Assembly: GCA_010093995.1 (NCBI GenBank)
Contig: ML992504.1
Coordinates: forward strand, 992,001 to 1,056,000
Direction of reading: 5' to 3'
Length of the DNA stretch: 64,000 nucleotides
Source: Elsinoe ampelina
Lineage: Eukaryota
Below are positions 60,316 to 64,000 of the stretch, in pieces. The first letter of the stretch is position 1. The number at the start of each line of letters is the position of its first letter. The notes under the pieces are model-generated. The model had not been told where the DNA came from and searched no databases. It saw only the letters and a list, made by a program, of their open reading frames with translations. The position numbers and the translations under genes are program-made.

Positions 60316-61863
60316 TTAAGAGATTATCTCGGCATCCCTTGCGTCGAGCTCTCGAACCCTTCGTTCATGCCAGATGCTCATGGCAACTTTTTTACCGAGC
60401 GCTCGCCGCGAATACAAGGTACTGTCCGTTGATTCTATCAAGCCAACGAAGCTGCCAATCCGCTCGCCGGCCTTTACCAATGTCTCGTACTGTTTGCCCG
60501 GACCACTTGAATACCTCACCAGGTCGGGGTCGAAGACGACTGTATTTTCCGGGAAGATGACCACAACTGTGCTTCCTCCGTACTGGAAGTAGCCCAGTGG
60601 CCGTCCACGGTATACTTCTTCTCCCGTTTGGATACCTTCGATGTACTTGATGCTGCCAACAAGCATGGCTCCGATCGCCACAACAAAGATGTATTTGCCA
60701 GTCGAATGCTCGATGATGCGCATCACACTGCGTCGATTTGCACAGAACACGTCGAGTGTATTTGCCTGAGCCTTACGTAAGAATAGGTTTGGATGATTGC
60801 AGCGGGAAACTTACCTGCCTGACGGCTTGTGGATTGACCGTATAGTATGCTCCTGGTATCTCCTTGATGTCAACAATTGTGCCCTCCACGGGAGAATGCC
60901 AGCGATGATAGTCTTGGGGTGCGAGTCGGTGAATGGCAATGCTGGCAGATCCGAGTTCACGCGCCCAGGCTTCATTTTCAATCAAGGTCTCCAAGCTGAA
61001 GCCGAAGCCTTTGATCCAAAACTGAGTCGCCTGCAGGATAGATCGGTACACAACCGTGCGGCTGTCCGCAGCTGCTGAGATTGCATCTTCCTGCCATCTG
61101 TTAGCTTGTTCCTGTGAGTCCACCGACAAACATCGCCTACATCATCTGGGTCGGTAATTGGCCGGGCTGCTGGTTTGAGTGCCCGGCCAAAAAATTCATT
61201 GAATGATTCGTAGGATTCCAGATGCTCAAACTCCCACTCTGTCTCGGTATCCTCGAGATGATAGTGTTGGATGAAGTACCTGATATAGTCACGACTATCA
61301 GTAGAATCGTACAGTCGGCCAAGCCTCTCCGTTTGCTCTTTCAGTAAATGTTTCGCCGCGTCGGTTTGCAAAAGCCTGATTTGAGGCGAGCCACAGTACA
61401 AGAGGTGCATGCCGAGGCGGACGAAAAGCGGCATCCGTTCCTACTCCTTCATGCCTGACTCTCGAATGATGTAGTAGTTGCCAGCTTGCATGCGATCAAG
61501 CAGTTCATGCATCGTCTCGGGATTGAAAGGCCGCGCGTGACATGCATACATGAAGCGATGCATCCAGTCATCTCCAGCCTCCTGGTGGTACGTGACGCTC
61601 ATGAAGAGAAATCGATCGTGGTGAAACTTATCGTCCTGCTCTGCGACGACTCGCTCTGCAGCAAAGTAATTGGATACGCTGGCTAGATGCTGGTCGGTCT
61701 CCTCGTCGCCGCTGCTACTGCCGTCGCTTGCCTCGCTTGGCCGTGACTCGGACTCACTGTCATTGTCATTGTCATCGCCTGATTCGCTTGCCAGGGTCCG
61801 AGGCTCGGATCCGTTGTCATCATTGGGGATGCTTGCAAGTGTCTGAGGTTCGTGGTCCGTCAT
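60316..61863 (-). CDS. Phosphatidylserine decarboxylase (Psd2-type catalytic domain) with one in-frame TAG at 61441-61443
   Basis: MPLFVRLGMHLLY, YESFNEFFGR.LKP.ARPI, AADSR, RLAPQDYHRWHSP, VAIGAMLVGSI and the self-cleavage motif FQYGGST; two GT-AG introns. Functional status unclear because of the stop. Confidence 0.8.
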
Positions 61864-62842
61864 GGCAGGTGATACGAATTGAATGTATGCTGTAGCGATG
61901 CTTGCCGGAGTGTGGATAGTATAGATTATGTGCTTAGGTCTACCGATCAAGAGCGAACGAATGTCGAGCACTATGTCAGTGGAGGAAACTATGTGTGGAA
62001 AGCGCGACCTGTACAGAGACCTTTGCTTTGGGACTCCCAATGGTACGAATGCAGCACCTACCTACACATCATGCTTGTCGACAAGCTGAATCTCCGCGTA
62101 TCTGAACGACAATATGACTATCAGTAATAGTCATTATGCCCCTCTGCTGAATAGATATCGGCAAACTTTCAGCCACCATACGCCAGATCGTGATCAAAGG
62201 GCCGATTAGATACGCCGGACAGAGGGCGAGCGCGCGGGGTCGTGGGAGTGACATGAGTGACCGGAAGGCTTCATGGGAGTTCGCATCCACGGTCTACAAA
62301 CCGTCCATGCCGCTTCTCAAGCCTGTTTCGCACCTCCGGAAGCTTGACGAGTGTTTGATGACAACCGCGAGAGTGCGATTCGACGATTCACCGCTTGGAC
62401 ATCGCGGGGCCCCAGGCCATCAGAGTTTTTCCTCGTCATTTTGGCCAGAACGCTAAACCCGTTTGAGGAAACCGCTCCTCTGACTCCCGACAACCGGCGA
62501 TTTTGGGGCTTCTGGCATTTGCGGGTGACATCTCCGCCAGCCCATCTCAAGACAAGACTTCAAGCCGTCTCACAACACGCTATTCCCGACCACACGGCAG
62601 ATACTGAACGCCCCTCTCGCCTACAGGATATAGACGAAATCCTGCCACCCCTCCACGAGATCTCATCACCCTCAATATCCTCTCAGCCCATCCCGACCAC
62701 GAAACAGAAACACGAACGCATCCGAAATCCCCCCCCCCCGCGATACGCCATACCACAACTCACCTCCCCTCCTCGATGGTGACAACCCCATAACCCTCAC
62801 CCAAATAGCGCAGCAGGACCCGCGCCTCCTGCCTTCCTCAAT

Positions 62843-63433
62843 ATGACCTCCAACCGCCCCTTCCTCTCTAACTTCCTCGCCGCCTTCCGCGCCCACTCCA
62901 GCACCCTCCCCAAATCCAACCCCTCTCTGTCGAGCACCAGCACCTCCAACCCCGCCGTCTGGACCGCCGCCGCATCGACCTATACGGGCCCAACTCAAAC
63001 CACCCAACCCCAACAAATCCACTCCTCCCCGCGCACCATCGACCCCCGCAAGGTCCCGGCGCAAACGAGCCGCTCCACATCCCCCGGCCCACTCCCCTTC
63101 TCGCCTCCCCTCCAACACAACGTCGGCCCGCTCTCGCACACGACGCGAGGCACTTCACCAGGAGCCAGTAGCGTAGACAAGAGTCCCTTCCCACAAGCCA
63201 GCGAACGACGGACAGGGACGTCAACGGCGGCGATAGGCATTCCTTCGAGCGCGAACAGGCGGCGAGGGAGCGATACTAGTAGCGAGGGCGGGTTTCGGGA
63301 CGTGGCGAGTGGGCAGGAAAAGTGGTATATAGGGGGCAGGACGGCGGGAGGGGAGGAGAGGTATTATAAGCTTTCGGTGGTGAGGAGGGAGAGGAGCGCG
63401 GACAGGCTGAGCGCGGATCGGTTGAGTCTATGA
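62843..63433 (+). CDS. Small conserved fungal protein of unknown function
   Basis: Conserved-looking ends RPFLSNFLAAFRAH and RRRGSD.SSEGGF..EKWYIGGRTAGGEERYYKL..RS.DRLS.DRLSL around a disordered middle. Confidence 0.7.
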   Translation: MTSNRPFLSNFLAAFRAHSSTLPKSNPSLSSTSTSNPAVWTAAASTYTGPTQTTQPQQIHSSPRTIDPRKVPAQTSRSTSPGPLPFSPPLQHNVGPLSHTTRGTSPGASSVDKSPFPQASERRTGTSTAAIGIPSSANRRRGSDTSSEGGFRDVASGQEKWYIGGRTAGGEERYYKLSVVRRERSADRLSADRLSL

Positions 63434-63761
63434 CCGAGCTCGAGAGCAGACGGAAGACGGCCGCAGATCGTTAGGGTATAAGGGCGGGCAGGGAGGATGA
63501 CATGGCGTTTTGGTTTGGGCATTGCATTGCATGGTATGCATTGATCGGGACAGGATCAGATTGATGGGTCGGGCTTCATGGCTCGTTTTATGATTGATGG
63601 GGCTCGCTGCCTAAGTAAGAGTCAAGAGTACATAGGACTTCTTCCTCCTTTCCTCCTTGCCGTGCGTTCCTCTATGACCACACTCCGTGACGCCTGCCGC
63701 TAAATTGAAGTCTGTAGATGGTGACTCGCTGCCATGTCCCGATATCCCCTGCAGTCTGCTC

Positions 63762-63950
63762 TTATGATTCTGAGAATGTCGCTTCGTTGGTCGACGGAGA
63801 TGCCGGGTCGATGTATCGAAGGTGCGAGGCCCGTAGATAATCGAAGAAACGGTTGTCATACAAGTAGTTGAGCACAGCTGTGCATGCGTGCCTGGCGGAT
63901 TGTGTCTGATGCGTTGCCTGTTGCCAAGTCAATGAGTGTCCGTAGTCCTC
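63762..63950 (-). CDS. Possible terminal exon of a gene extending past the right edge
   Basis: GCTAATGTCCAG branch/acceptor followed by an open frame EDYGHSLTW..CTAVLNYLYDNRFFDYL..SES*. Confidence 0.3.
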   Translation of the reverse strand, partial: EDYGHSLTWQQATHQTQSARHACTAVLNYLYDNRFFDYLRASHLRYIDPASPSTNEATFSES

Positions 63951-64000
63951 CTGGACATTAGCAGCAAAGCAGCAGTCGCAGCAGCAGCAGTCGCAAAGAG

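Noticed and set aside
61441..61549. Intron from GTATGC (61549) to the TAG (61441) that would remove the PSD stop
   Set aside because: The 109-nt removal shifts the frame and deletes the conserved-looking GNY..R..G segment; no clear branch site.
1..64000. tRNA, 5S or other rRNA genes
   Set aside because: None recognised by eye; tRNAscan-SE or Infernal is needed to exclude them.

Overview
Gene-dense chromosome segment from a filamentous ascomycete (Pezizomycotina). The evidence is short GT-AG introns of about 45-55 nt with CTRAC/CTAAY branch sites, fungal gene families and a RIP-mutated transposon. About 25 protein genes are readable: PDX1, a RecJ/DHH-family phosphoesterase, C2H2 and Myb transcription factors, a PH-domain protein, NNF1, a mitochondrial CDF transporter, a Na/K-type P-ATPase, a kinase-like/PHD fusion, LOS1, S-formylglutathione hydrolase, a divergent RPB6/TFIIIA pair, a GPI-type protein, a cytochrome b561-domain protein, a GH11 xylanase, a secreted PAN/Apple-like mucin, a GT34 glycosyltransferase and a phosphatidylserine decarboxylase. 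The main accessory feature is a 5.7-kb TIR DNA transposon (44161-49815), heavily RIP-mutated. It carries a Clr5-like + DDE (IS3/IS481-like, IS3EU-type) transposase and two extra degraded genes, one with a Zn-cluster-like/coiled-coil signature. Other notable signals: one in-frame UAG in an otherwise intact PS decarboxylase, a PCNA PIP-box-like tail on the DHH enzyme, a duplicated XlnR-site promoter block upstream of the xylanase, and repeated C-rich to G-rich skew switches that ignore gene orientation. No rRNA, tRNA or CRISPR array was seen. All family assignments come from motif recognition by eye, not database searches.
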